Sequence record: MN091626.1
Direction: 5' to 3' (one strand)
DNA: 64,000 nt
The notes under the pieces were generated by a model. The model worked only from the letters and a program-made list of their open reading frames with translations, made no database searches and was not told where the DNA came from. Position 1 is the stretch's first letter; each line of letters begins with the position of its first letter. Positions 1 to 9,655 of this stretch are shown here, in pieces. The position numbers and the translations under genes were made by a program.

Positions 1-58
1 AAATTTTACATCTTTATATTTTTATGACTATGAGATTAATAATAGTGATATAGATAAA

Positions 59-454
59 TTGATATATGATAATATTCAAAAACAATTAATTGATGATAGC
101 TATTTTTTATTTGAAATCAATAAAGAAGAAAGATTATTAGTTGATTTTGAAAATAACTTTTTATATGATAAATATAATGAGAAAATAGGAATGGTTTCTT
201 TAAATAGAATTACTTCTTTTGAGAATAAATATAGAGATTTAATATTTATGGAAAAAGAAGATATAAAATATGAAAATTTAATTGATATGGGGTTTAATAT
301 TGTACCTACTTTTGAAATTTCTACTGTATGTAAAAATAAAATAAATAATTTTAGTTACTTTGGTTTTGATATTAAAGATAATAAAAATAAGCTATTAATT
401 GAATGTGATGAAAAAGAATTCAAGATAAATAAAGTTAAGAATAATTTTATATAA
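59..454 (+). CDS. Hypothetical protein, conserved-termini paralog family
   Basis: Ends IECDEKEFKINKVKNNFI, matching the family C-terminal motif; N-terminal YFLFEINKEERLLV. Confidence 0.7.
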   Translation: MIYDNIQKQLIDDSYFLFEINKEERLLVDFENNFLYDKYNEKIGMVSLNRITSFENKYRDLIFMEKEDIKYENLIDMGFNIVPTFEISTVCKNKINNFSYFGFDIKDNKNKLLIECDEKEFKINKVKNNFI

Positions 455-480
455 ATATTAAAATAAATTTAATAAGGATT

Positions 481-1224
481 ATGAATAAGGAGACTTTGAA
501 TTTTATGTATAAAGAAGATGAAATGAATACAGGTCATATAGTTGCTGATTGTGATGAAGTTTTAGTAAATATTTCCCCTAAGATAGTTCAGTTAATGCAT
601 GAAGATTTTGATTATTACAATCAATTCTTCAGACTATCTCCAGAGTATAATTACAGTACTCATTACAATACAGTTCTTAATCGTCCTGAATATTATATTG
701 ACCAATGGTTAGTAAGAAAAGATGTTTATGAAAGATTTTCTGAAGATGAAGTTAATGAAGCTAGAAATAGGTTACAAAATGAAATTATATTTAAAAAAGA
801 TTTATACGATACATTAGAACCAACAAATTTAGCTAAAAGTTTATCATATACAATCAATACACCTTTAATGAATAGATTATCAATTGTAACTAAAACTTCT
901 GATAATAACTTAAAATCTAAAGAGAAATTTTTGAAAACTTTATTTAGAGGAAGTATGGAAAAGGTTGATATTTATTATCTTGAATCAGATGAAAAGAAAT
1001 CAGATGTAATTAATACATTAGGTTATGTTACTAGAATATATGAGGATGAAGTTAGTAATATTAAAGACATTATTATGAATTGTGATAATGTTATGCAAAC
1101 TGGTATCGATATTCCTTCATTAGGATATAACCAAAAATTAGATGAAGCAACTATTATGAAAGCTAAAGAAAAAGAAATAGACTTAAATTATTTTAGTTAT
1201 ATGAGTAATAGTTTAGTTAATTAA
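481..1224 (+). CDS. HAD-superfamily phosphatase, probable 5'(3')-deoxyribonucleotidase
   Basis: HAD motif I near the N-terminus (HIVADCDEVL = hhhDxDxxL), later T/K residues and an acidic motif IV-like segment (RIYEDE). Confidence 0.6.
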   Translation: MNKETLNFMYKEDEMNTGHIVADCDEVLVNISPKIVQLMHEDFDYYNQFFRLSPEYNYSTHYNTVLNRPEYYIDQWLVRKDVYERFSEDEVNEARNRLQNEIIFKKDLYDTLEPTNLAKSLSYTINTPLMNRLSIVTKTSDNNLKSKEKFLKTLFRGSMEKVDIYYLESDEKKSDVINTLGYVTRIYEDEVSNIKDIIMNCDNVMQTGIDIPSLGYNQKLDEATIMKAKEKEIDLNYFSYMSNSLVN

Positions 1225-1232
1225 TAATTATT

Positions 1233-1285
1233 GCCATGTTAAGTTTATAGCTTAACATGGCTTTTATATATTTATTTTTTTTTTA
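1233..1285 (+). terminator. Intrinsic terminator
   Basis: GCCATGTTAAG/CTTAACATGGC inverted repeat followed by T tracts. Confidence 0.8.
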
Positions 1286-1313
1286 TAAAATAAGATTGGA
1301 AGTGAAATGTTAG

Positions 1314-2825
1314 ATGAAAATAGATATGATCAACGTTGATCAAATTATTACAGCCTATGAAGCTAAAGAAGTTACCAATCCTATTTTCTTTGATTCAGGA
1401 ACTTTACCTAAAGAAGACGGTTTATTCTCATATGAAATATTTGGTTTAATAGGTACTGATGAAAGAAAGAACAATGTGGGGTGGATTAATTTAGGTGGTA
1501 AATACTTAAATCCTGTAGCGTATAAAGCTATGAAAGAATTAGATAAGAATATAGATTTATGTATTCAAGGATCTGATTACTTTAAAATTGAAAAAGGACA
1601 ATTAGTTCCAGATGAAAATGGTGAAACTGGATTAAATTTCCTATACGATAATTATGAAAATCTTAAATTTAGAAAAAATGATTCTCGTATCCGAAATGAA
1701 AAAATTGATATGCTTAAAAATACTCCTAAAGATAGAATATTTACAGATAAATGGCTTGTAATACCTGCTTTCTATCGTGACTTTAACCCTAATGAAACTT
1801 CAGGAGAAATTCAAGATACTGAAGAAATAAATGATATGTATGCGAGTATTTTAAGATCTGTAGATTCAATTAGTTTTAACTCATTTGATTTTGTAGCTAA
1901 TACGACTAAATATAATATTCAAAATAAATTATTTGAAATATACGTTAAATTAACTTCAGGTGAACTATCAGGTAAAACTGGTATGATGCAAAGAAATATT
2001 TTAGGTAAGACAGTAGATAATAGTACTCGTTCAGTTATTTCATCACCTAAAATCAATTCAAATAAATGGAATGAAATGCAAATTGAATTCGGTCAATTAG
2101 GTGTTCCATTAACTCAATTAGTAACATTGTTCTTACCTTTCTTTAGTAAATATATTATAGACTTTATTGAAATTCATAAAGATGCTTTCCAAACTGCTAC
2201 TGGAACTGATGAAAAGGAATTAACATTAGAAGAAGTATATGAACAATTTGATGATAAATCTATTAAGAATATGTTAGAATACTTTATTAAAGACCCTAAT
2301 GAAAGATTTAGTCCTATATATGTAAATGATAGACAAGGTAAACGTCATAAAGTTAAATTATTTGAAAATACTTTAGGTAGAACTTTTACTGTAATTGATT
2401 TACTTTATATAGCTGCTACAGAAATATGTGAAGATAAGTATGTGGTTTATTCAAGATATCCGATTGAAAATTTCTTGAATGTGGCTCCTGCTAAAATTAA
2501 AATACTAACTACAGTTGATACAATTCCAGAAATTACTTTAGATGATATTGTACTTAAAGATTATCCTAAAGTTGTTCATGAATATCCTGTTGATGAAGAT
2601 GTATTTATAGATACTGCTATTATACACAACAGTTATGCTGGAGCACTTGGAGCAGACTTTGATGGTGACATGATCTCTATAAGATCTCTATGGACAGTAG
2701 AAGCTAATAAAGAAGCTAATAAACTTCTTAATAAGAAAACTAACTATCTAAACTACACTGGTAATTCAGTACGTAATTTAGGTAATGAATCAGTTCAAGC
2801 TTTATATTCTTTAACTAAAGAATAA
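1314..2825 (+). CDS. rpoC: Phage multisubunit RNA polymerase beta-prime subunit, N-terminal/catalytic part
   Basis: Catalytic GADFDGD motif; DGLFSYEIFG; LGKTVDNSTRSVI; SRYP. Ends just after the QALYSLT segment, the split typical of jumbo-phage RNAPs. Confidence 0.92.
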   Translation: MKIDMINVDQIITAYEAKEVTNPIFFDSGTLPKEDGLFSYEIFGLIGTDERKNNVGWINLGGKYLNPVAYKAMKELDKNIDLCIQGSDYFKIEKGQLVPDENGETGLNFLYDNYENLKFRKNDSRIRNEKIDMLKNTPKDRIFTDKWLVIPAFYRDFNPNETSGEIQDTEEINDMYASILRSVDSISFNSFDFVANTTKYNIQNKLFEIYVKLTSGELSGKTGMMQRNILGKTVDNSTRSVISSPKINSNKWNEMQIEFGQLGVPLTQLVTLFLPFFSKYIIDFIEIHKDAFQTATGTDEKELTLEEVYEQFDDKSIKNMLEYFIKDPNERFSPIYVNDRQGKRHKVKLFENTLGRTFTVIDLLYIAATEICEDKYVVYSRYPIENFLNVAPAKIKILTTVDTIPEITLDDIVLKDYPKVVHEYPVDEDVFIDTAIIHNSYAGALGADFDGDMISIRSLWTVEANKEANKLLNKKTNYLNYTGNSVRNLGNESVQALYSLTKE

Positions 2826-2863
2826 CTATATATTATAATTATAGTATATAGGAGGTTATTTTT

Positions 2864-4573
2864 ATGAATGATAGAACAAAGAAATTTAAAGAAAAATTAG
2901 CAGAAAGACATCCAGATAGATATGAATTACTGTCTGAATATGAGGGTTCTAACTCCCTTATCAAATACAAATGTTTGAGATGTAATAATATTTATACAAG
3001 ACATGCTGGAAATATATACAAAAAGAATGCTAAATGTAAAGGATGTCATGTCAAAAAATATGATACTGAATGGTTTAAAGAAAAATTATTTAAAAAAATG
3101 GATATTAATGAATATTCTTTGTTATCTGAATATAAAGATACAAAGGAAAAAGTAAAAATGAAACACAATAAATGTGGTAAAATATTTGAAGCTACACCTA
3201 ATAGACTATTATCTGGAGACAAATGTCCTCATTGTGCTGGTAATATTAAAAAAACCATAGATGACATATTTGAAAATTTTAAAAGTAAAATGAATAATGG
3301 TGATGATTATGAGTTAATTAAAGATGATCTATATAATGAATATGCTAATATAGATTCATTTGTCCACATAAGACATAAAAAATGTAATAACATTTTTAAA
3401 AAAAGAGCTAGATATATGAGTAGAACAAAACCTTCTAAATGTCCTCATTGTGCCGGTAATATTCAAAAAACAAATGAAGATTTTTCTTCATTTGTTTCAA
3501 ATATTACTAATGGTGAATATGAATTAATTAGCGAATATGTAAATACACATGAAAATGTAAAAATGAAACATAATAAATGTGGAAATGTATATTTGATTAG
3601 ACCTACAAACTTTATATCACATAATCATAGATGTCCTAAATGTTCATCCTCTAGAATGTTTTCAAATAAAGAAAAAGAAGTTTTAGATTTTATAAAATCT
3701 TTTTATAAAGGTGAAATCGTAGAGAATGAAAGAAAATTATTAAAAAATAATAAAGAAATAGACATTTATTTACCAGAATTAAAAATTGCTATAGAATTTA
3801 ATGGTCTTTATTGGCATTCTGAAGCTAGACTTAATAATGCAAAAAAATATCATTATGAAAAAATGAAAGAGTGTGAAGAAAAAAATATAAGATTAATAAC
3901 ATTATTTGAAAATGAATGGGATTTCAAAAAAGATATAGTCAAAAGTAAAATAAAACATATTTTGGGTTATAATAACTCTAAAAAGATATATGCTAGAGAT
4001 TGTTACATTAAAACTTTAGATAATGAAACTAAAAATTCTTTTTTAGAAAATAATCACATACAAGGAAAAGATATAAGTAAAATAAGGTTAGGTCTGTTTG
4101 GAAAAAATGATGAAAAGTTATATTCAGTTATGACTTTTGGAAAAATGAGAAGATCTCTTGGTAATAAAGTTTCAAGAGATGGAGAATATGAATTGATTAG
4201 ATTTGCATCCGATATAGATTATTTAGTAATTGGTGGATTTTCAAAAATTCTAAAATATTTCTTAAATAACTATGAAGTATCTAAAATAAAAACTTATGCA
4301 GATCTTAGATGGTCAAATAAAAATAATAATGTATATGAATCATACTTTCATCTATCACACTTATCAAAACCTAGTTATTTTTATACACATTCAAATAGTA
4401 AGATAGAAAAAAATAAATATGTAAATAGGTATTCAATGCGTAAACATTTGCTAAAAGATAAATTCCCAAACAGCTACAAAGATGATTTAACTGAAAGAGA
4501 AATATTAGCTAAAGAAAACTATTTCAGAGTATGGGATTGTGGAAATTTAGTATTTGAATATTGTAAAGAATAA
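2864..4573 (+). CDS. Free-standing Zn-finger-repeat PD-(D/E)xK endonuclease (Hef-like homing endonuclease)
   Basis: About 4 repeats of YEL(L)SEY...K(H/C)xxC...KCPxC; nuclease motif EIDIYLPELKIAIEFNGLYWHS; C-terminal domain ending RVWDCG. Confidence 0.8.
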   Translation: MNDRTKKFKEKLAERHPDRYELLSEYEGSNSLIKYKCLRCNNIYTRHAGNIYKKNAKCKGCHVKKYDTEWFKEKLFKKMDINEYSLLSEYKDTKEKVKMKHNKCGKIFEATPNRLLSGDKCPHCAGNIKKTIDDIFENFKSKMNNGDDYELIKDDLYNEYANIDSFVHIRHKKCNNIFKKRARYMSRTKPSKCPHCAGNIQKTNEDFSSFVSNITNGEYELISEYVNTHENVKMKHNKCGNVYLIRPTNFISHNHRCPKCSSSRMFSNKEKEVLDFIKSFYKGEIVENERKLLKNNKEIDIYLPELKIAIEFNGLYWHSEARLNNAKKYHYEKMKECEEKNIRLITLFENEWDFKKDIVKSKIKHILGYNNSKKIYARDCYIKTLDNETKNSFLENNHIQGKDISKIRLGLFGKNDEKLYSVMTFGKMRRSLGNKVSRDGEYELIRFASDIDYLVIGGFSKILKYFLNNYEVSKIKTYADLRWSNKNNNVYESYFHLSHLSKPSYFYTHSNSKIEKNKYVNRYSMRKHLLKDKFPNSYKDDLTEREILAKENYFRVWDCGNLVFEYCKE

Positions 4574-4584
4574 TTTAAAAAACT

Positions 4585-4615
4585 GAGGTAACGGACAATT
4601 ATAGTTCGTTACCTC
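4585..4615 (+). terminator. Probable terminator hairpin
   Basis: GAGGTAACG(G)AC/GTTCGTTACCTC inverted repeat just after the 2864..4573 stop; weak T tract. Confidence 0.6.
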
Positions 4616-4649
4616 TATTATATTGCAAAAATGTATCTAATGATATTTT

Positions 4650-4664
4650 AAATATATATTATAA
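4650..4664 (+). promoter_or_regulatory. Putative phage early promoter AAATATATATTATAA
   Basis: Exact 15-mer recurs at 4650, 5079, 7736, 12735, 31866, 55831, 58680, always intergenic and upstream of a + strand gene. Confidence 0.75.
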
Positions 4665-4717
4665 TTATGAAGTTGATAATTATTAATCAACTAATTTAAA
4701 TAAAAGGATGATTTAAT

Positions 4718-5017
4718 ATGAATGAAATTAAAATAATGGATACTGAACTACTACAGGAAGCTGTAGAAGGAAAAGAGAATAACGGCGGAGGTTACGAACA
4801 TACTCGTACCGTTTTCGAATTCCAAGGAAAACAAGGAGTTTTCGAAGACACTTCTTGTGGTGATTTCGGTAGCAGATTCTTCATGGAATGGGATGGAAAA
4901 ATGGCTATGTGGGGAAGTATGATTGATGAAGAACTCGAATACAGTGAATTCGATGAACAAGAACAATCAGAACTTCTAAAGCATTTTAGAGTTCCTGTTT
5001 TTGAAGAAACAATCTAG
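4718..5017 (+). CDS. Small acidic hypothetical protein in a stand-alone transcription unit
   Basis: RBS AAAGGA, own promoter and terminator; C-ending codons unusual for this genome. Confidence 0.8.
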   Translation: MNEIKIMDTELLQEAVEGKENNGGGYEHTRTVFEFQGKQGVFEDTSCGDFGSRFFMEWDGKMAMWGSMIDEELEYSEFDEQEQSELLKHFRVPVFEETI

Positions 5018-5054
5018 GACATTAATGTCCTAGATTTCTTTTATTTTTTTTTTT
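5011..5054 (+). terminator. Intrinsic terminator
   Basis: AATCTAGGAC/GTCCTAGATT hairpin plus long T tract. Confidence 0.85.
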
Positions 5055-5078
5055 CTAAAAATATTCTATTTTATGATT

Positions 5079-5093
5079 AAATATATATTATAA
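5079..5093 (+). promoter_or_regulatory. Putative early promoter
   Basis: Exact AAATATATATTATAA copy. Confidence 0.7.
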
Positions 5094-5177
5094 AAATAGA
5101 TGCAATTAAATATATTGAAAGATGTTGTTTTATATGTAAAGTTTTAGAAGAATCTAATAAGGGAGCTGAAATAGATA

Positions 5178-5660
5178 ATGATATATTACAAAAATAAAGT
5201 AAATGGTGAAATATACGAAGTTAATGATATTCATAGAAAAGATGATGCTTTTTATTATGTGTTTGGTAATGAATTTAAAAAAGAAAGAATAGGATTATAT
5301 GAATCAGTGGGTAAAAAAATTGATTTATTAGATAAAGATAAAGGACATAAAGAATTAAACTTCCAATTAAATTATGACTCATCTAGATTATTTTTAGTTA
5401 CACATATGAAATATGATAATAATAATCCTTTTGCACCTAAAGCAGTAGATTTAAAGAATCAAAATTTTGTCGCATCCGATTCTTCAGAAGATCTTTACTA
5501 TATATTATATAAAAGAATGTGTAATGCAATAGATATACCTTTATTAAATTATAATGTATTATTAAAAGAATTTAATTTTGATAATGAAGATATATTTAAA
5601 ATAATATCAGAAGATTGTAAAGAAGTAAGAGATTTTAAAGTTAGAAATCTTTTTAAATAA
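5178..5660 (+). CDS. Conserved-termini family protein; close paralog of 6388..6879
   Basis: Starts MIYYKNKVNGEIYEV, ends FKIISEDCKEVRDFKVRNLFK; nearly identical first ~35 aa to 6388..6879. Confidence 0.8.
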   Translation: MIYYKNKVNGEIYEVNDIHRKDDAFYYVFGNEFKKERIGLYESVGKKIDLLDKDKGHKELNFQLNYDSSRLFLVTHMKYDNNNPFAPKAVDLKNQNFVASDSSEDLYYILYKRMCNAIDIPLLNYNVLLKEFNFDNEDIFKIISEDCKEVRDFKVRNLFK

Positions 5661-5675
5661 AAGGAGAAATTTTAA

Positions 5676-6377
5676 ATGGAAAATATTAAATTGTATAAAA
5701 ATCTAGAAAATGGTGATAAATTTACTTTATCTAAAGATGAAATTAATAATGGTAGATTTCTTTATAAAGTCATGAAACAAATAAAAAGTAATTTTTATCC
5801 ATATTATAATTATGAAGACCAACCCATTACAACCAATGGAAACTCTTATTTAATTAATAAACAACTGAATTTCCATTTTTATACACATTCTGATATTATT
5901 ATAAATTTTAAAAATTTAATTGGAATAGATGAAGATATAATAATTAAGAGTAATGAAAATAAAGAAAGAAATATTTCATCTTCAATTGTTTGTTTCTCTG
6001 ATTCTAATACAAATAATGATAGAATTTATGAAAATATATTTCAAATTGTTTTGAATACAAAAAAGGCTAAGAAAATAAATCGTATGCTAGATAAATATAA
6101 AAGCGATAAATATGAAATATCTTCTTATACAATGGATAAAAATGAAGTACATTTTAAAGTTAGTTTCAAACAAGATTATTTGTCTGATAAGAATAATGAC
6201 GTTTATGATTCTCTAGATGAATTGATATATTATATATTAAAGGGCCTTAAAATTAAGATTGACAATTCGTATATGTATTTTATGGATTATCTAAGATGGA
6301 ATTTGGAATTTATTGCTGAAGAAATTACTGATGAGGACGAAATTAAAAAATACTTAATTAAAGAAAAATTTAAATAA
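5676..6377 (+). CDS. Conserved-termini family protein
   Basis: RBS AAGGAG; ends EEITDEDEIKKYLIKEKFK. Confidence 0.8.
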   Translation: MENIKLYKNLENGDKFTLSKDEINNGRFLYKVMKQIKSNFYPYYNYEDQPITTNGNSYLINKQLNFHFYTHSDIIINFKNLIGIDEDIIIKSNENKERNISSSIVCFSDSNTNNDRIYENIFQIVLNTKKAKKINRMLDKYKSDKYEISSYTMDKNEVHFKVSFKQDYLSDKNNDVYDSLDELIYYILKGLKIKIDNSYMYFMDYLRWNLEFIAEEITDEDEIKKYLIKEKFK

Positions 6378-6387
6378 GGAAGTGTAA

Positions 6388-6879
6388 ATGGATATGATAT
6401 ATTACAAAAATAAAGTAAATGGTGAAATATATGAAGTTAATAATATTCATAGAAAAGATGATGCATTTTATTATGTATTCAATAATGAATTTAAAAAAGA
6501 GAATTCGTCTTTTTATAAATCTTATGGTAAAAAGATTGATTTATATGATGAAGACGTAGGAAGTATAAAATTGGAGTTTTTCTTAATTTATGATTTTATT
6601 AATCTTCATTTAACTACACACTTTTCTTGGGATTTTAATAATATTCCTTTTATACCTAAAAATATAGAATTAACAAATCAAAATCTTGTCATATCAGACT
6701 CTTCAATTGATCTTTATTATTTATTCTATAAAAGAATATGTGATGTGATAGATATAAATATGGCACATTATAATATTCCATTAGGAAAATTTAATTTTGA
6801 TAATGGAGATATATTTGAAATAATTTCAGAAGATTGTAAAGAAGTAAAAGATCTTAAAGTTAGAAATCATTTTAGATAA
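6388..6879 (+). CDS. Conserved-termini family protein; paralog of 5178..5660
   Basis: Ends FEIISEDCKEVKDLKVRNHFR. Confidence 0.8.
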   Translation: MDMIYYKNKVNGEIYEVNNIHRKDDAFYYVFNNEFKKENSSFYKSYGKKIDLYDEDVGSIKLEFFLIYDFINLHLTTHFSWDFNNIPFIPKNIELTNQNLVISDSSIDLYYLFYKRICDVIDINMAHYNIPLGKFNFDNGDIFEIISEDCKEVKDLKVRNHFR

Positions 6880-6884
6880 GGAGA

Positions 6885-7070
6885 TTGATAAATATGAGAA
6901 AAGAAATTAGAAAAAATGAAAGTAAACAATTGACTTTACAAGAAAAATGGGAAATTGATGCAGAATTATACAGAGAGAAAAATAAAGACAAGAAAAAAAT
7001 AAAAGGACCAATTATAGGAAAGAAAGTTTCTAAAGAAGAAATGGAAAGAATCTTAAAAGGAGAAGAATAA
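6885..7070 (+). CDS. Small basic hypothetical protein
   Basis: RBS AAGGAG upstream; fills the gap between family genes. Confidence 0.6.
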   Translation: MINMRKEIRKNESKQLTLQEKWEIDAELYREKNKDKKKIKGPIIGKKVSKEEMERILKGEE

Positions 7071-7071
7071 A

Positions 7072-7725
7072 ATGTTTAATCACAATATCTTACTATATAA
7101 ACCTATTAGCATTGATTATAATGATTTTATTGAGTTAAACAAAGAAAAATATAAAAATGATAGAGAATATATTAAAATGATAAATGTATTTAACTTAATG
7201 GAACTGTTAAAAATAGACTCTTTTAAAGATAAAACTTTCTTTGAAACTGAATGTAAATTAAAATTAAGAGGTTATGATGAATATAAAAATATAAAAGTGG
7301 TTTACAATCAATCATTAGACAGTGATCCAATATTCTCTAATTTAAAAAACTTTAATGCAGAATTAGATATTATAAGTAAAGAAAGAGATAATACTTATAT
7401 GACTGAAGAATTATTATATGAATACAATATGATGAAAATGAGCACATGTATAAATGATAAAGCTAACACTATTACAATTAAAATAAAAAATTTCATTAAT
7501 TCAAATAAAGAAAATTTTAATAACGATTTTGAATTCCTTATTAAAGAATTTGAAAATAATTTATTAAAGAATTTAACAGACCTCCATAAATATGAAGACT
7601 TACAACTTCTAATTAATAATGAATATCACAGTTTAAAAGATATTAGTGTATATAATGAAAAAATATTTAGACCTGCTACTGATAAAGAATTTAAGAATTA
7701 TTTAGTTAAAGAAGGATTTAGATGA
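7072..7725 (+). CDS. Conserved-termini family protein
   Basis: Ends FRPATDKEFKNYLVKEGFR. Confidence 0.78.
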   Translation: MFNHNILLYKPISIDYNDFIELNKEKYKNDREYIKMINVFNLMELLKIDSFKDKTFFETECKLKLRGYDEYKNIKVVYNQSLDSDPIFSNLKNFNAELDIISKERDNTYMTEELLYEYNMMKMSTCINDKANTITIKIKNFINSNKENFNNDFEFLIKEFENNLLKNLTDLHKYEDLQLLINNEYHSLKDISVYNEKIFRPATDKEFKNYLVKEGFR

Positions 7726-7735
7726 AGTATGTATT

Positions 7736-7750
7736 AAATATATATTATAA
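7736..7750 (+). promoter_or_regulatory. Putative early promoter followed by hairpin
   Basis: Exact motif, then GAGATAATGAAT/ATTCATTATCTC. Confidence 0.72.
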
Positions 7751-7817
7751 AAATGAGATAATGAATTAATATGATTCATTATCTCTATAATAATTTAATT
7801 AGGAGAGTGGAAAAGAT

Positions 7818-8426
7818 ATGATTTTAAAAGAGAATAGATTTTATTATAATAAAGATATTAATGAGCTTTTTATAATTGGTAAAGATAAAAGTGATATTAA
7901 CGATAAGATAAATAAATTCTATTATAAAAAATTATTAGAAAAAAATTTAGATTACTATCATTTAAATAATGACCTTTATTATAATAGAAATCTACGTTTT
8001 GATTTAATTGATAATGAAAATATTTATTTTAGTAATATGTATAATGGAATTAGAAAGAAACTTCCAGTGGAAGCCTTAGAATTTGCATATATAAGAATTA
8101 GAGATAATCAAGTAGTTGTACAATTAGAAACTTTTATTACTAGAGGTGACGATCCAAACTTTTTAGAAGTTGAAAAGAATGCAACGAGTGCTAGCATAAC
8201 AATGGTAAAAGATTTTTATGAAAAAGATCTTATGAGTTATAATGTTTATGAAAATGATTTAGATAAACTATCTAATTTGTTGGACACAATGCTTAAAGAA
8301 GAAAATAATGGAAGTATTAAAATTTTTATAAATGACATTGATATATTTGAACCTCATGCATATTTTAAAGAATTAGAAGATGAAAGAGAAATTAAAAATA
8401 TTTTGGTTAAGAAAAATTTTATATAA
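7818..8426 (+). CDS. Conserved-termini family protein
   Basis: FYYNKDINELFII ... FKELEDEREIKNILVKKNFI. Confidence 0.8.
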   Translation: MILKENRFYYNKDINELFIIGKDKSDINDKINKFYYKKLLEKNLDYYHLNNDLYYNRNLRFDLIDNENIYFSNMYNGIRKKLPVEALEFAYIRIRDNQVVVQLETFITRGDDPNFLEVEKNATSASITMVKDFYEKDLMSYNVYENDLDKLSNLLDTMLKEENNGSIKIFINDIDIFEPHAYFKELEDEREIKNILVKKNFI

Positions 8427-8440
8427 AGGAGATAAATATA

Positions 8441-9061
8441 ATGAATGTAAATGAATATATAACTAATCATGATTTTTACAGAGTTGGTATTAAAGGTCAA
8501 GTATTTGTATTTAATAAAGATATATCAAAAGATGAATTAAATTCTAAAATATTTACTAAATTATTTTCATGCGAAAATATAGGAATTATACTGTCCGAAT
8601 GTGGACATTATATAATAGATGGAAATAATATATTCTTAAGAAATAATGATAAAATATTATTAGTAGAAAATATGACTATTGATATAAGTTTATTTAAAGA
8701 TGATCTAATTGAATTAAATTTTATATTAAATATTGAATCTGATCTTTATTCAAAAATTGGTCCTTTTGAAAAAGATAATCATGATCCTTTTTATTATTAT
8801 AATACTATTATTCAAATAGAAAATAAAGATAACTTTCAACATGAATTAATTTCTCATATAACAAATCATTTTAATAAAATGAGTGATGTTGATTTAATGC
8901 TTTTAACTACTAAAAATGAAATTAGATTTAATAAAGATTATAGTATTAATAAAAAATGTATTAATTTTAAATGTAATTTTAATGAAATTTATAAAATACT
9001 TAATAAATTAGAAGATGAAAAAGAAATTAAGAAATATATAGTAAGAGAAAATTTTAAATAA
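8441..9061 (+). CDS. Conserved-termini family protein
   Basis: Ends LNKLEDEKEIKKYIVRENFK. Confidence 0.8.
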   Translation: MNVNEYITNHDFYRVGIKGQVFVFNKDISKDELNSKIFTKLFSCENIGIILSECGHYIIDGNNIFLRNNDKILLVENMTIDISLFKDDLIELNFILNIESDLYSKIGPFEKDNHDPFYYYNTIIQIENKDNFQHELISHITNHFNKMSDVDLMLLTTKNEIRFNKDYSINKKCINFKCNFNEIYKILNKLEDEKEIKKYIVRENFK

Positions 9062-9074
9062 GGATAGAATAAAT

Positions 9075-9638
9075 ATGAATTTAGATAATATTGTAATATT
9101 AAAAAAGAAAAATGATGGTAAATTTGACAATAACAAATTTATAGAATTTAATCATAATAATATTAATAATGATGAAATATTAAGTCTTTCTTTAATTACT
9201 CTATATACAAGCGTGTATGCATTTTATATAAAAAGCGATGTGAAACCTGACAATTTTGTTAGTTATTTAGCTAATTTTTATTTAGAAATAGATGGGTATT
9301 TAAAAGGACCTTTAAATATAACACATGATGAAAATAATAGAATGCTTATAATTTATAAAGGAAGACTACCACAAGATATTTTCAAAGTTAGAGAATTTAA
9401 CGTAAATACTAAATTATATGCGTATTTAATTAAAGATGATGAATACAATACGGTAGAAGATGATCTAATCGAATCAGTAATCAATGGATCAGAATATATA
9501 ATGAATAGTGAAAGAATTAAACCGAAAATTATTATTAATGGATTATATAAGGATATTACAAATGTATTAAATTATTTTGAAAAACTTACTGATGAAAAAG
9601 AAATTAAAAAATATCTAATTAAAAAAAATTTTAAGTAG
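9075..9638 (+). CDS. Conserved-termini family protein
   Basis: Ends FEKLTDEKEIKKYLIKKNFK. Confidence 0.8.
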   Translation: MNLDNIVILKKKNDGKFDNNKFIEFNHNNINNDEILSLSLITLYTSVYAFYIKSDVKPDNFVSYLANFYLEIDGYLKGPLNITHDENNRMLIIYKGRLPQDIFKVREFNVNTKLYAYLIKDDEYNTVEDDLIESVINGSEYIMNSERIKPKIIINGLYKDITNVLNYFEKLTDEKEIKKYLIKKNFK

Positions 9639-9655
9639 AATAAGGAGGATTAAAT

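Noticed and set aside
2826-2863. Group I intron after the beta-prime catalytic gene with 2864..4573 as its cargo
   Set aside because: No P/Q/R/S elements on either side, no downstream in-frame exon, and the gene ends at the usual jumbo-phage split point.
4751-4966. Antisense and alternative-frame ORFs in the track (also 21851, 28609, 28978, 30180, 32627, 32635, 32949, 34656, 35248, 35969, 36084, 36650, 40290, 43873, 45042, 49840, 51930, 53418, 55981, 56333, 56875, 58371)
   Set aside because: All overlap longer genes with clear motifs or RBS; their S/L/F/I-rich composition is the expected shadow of K/E/N-rich coding on the other strand or frame.
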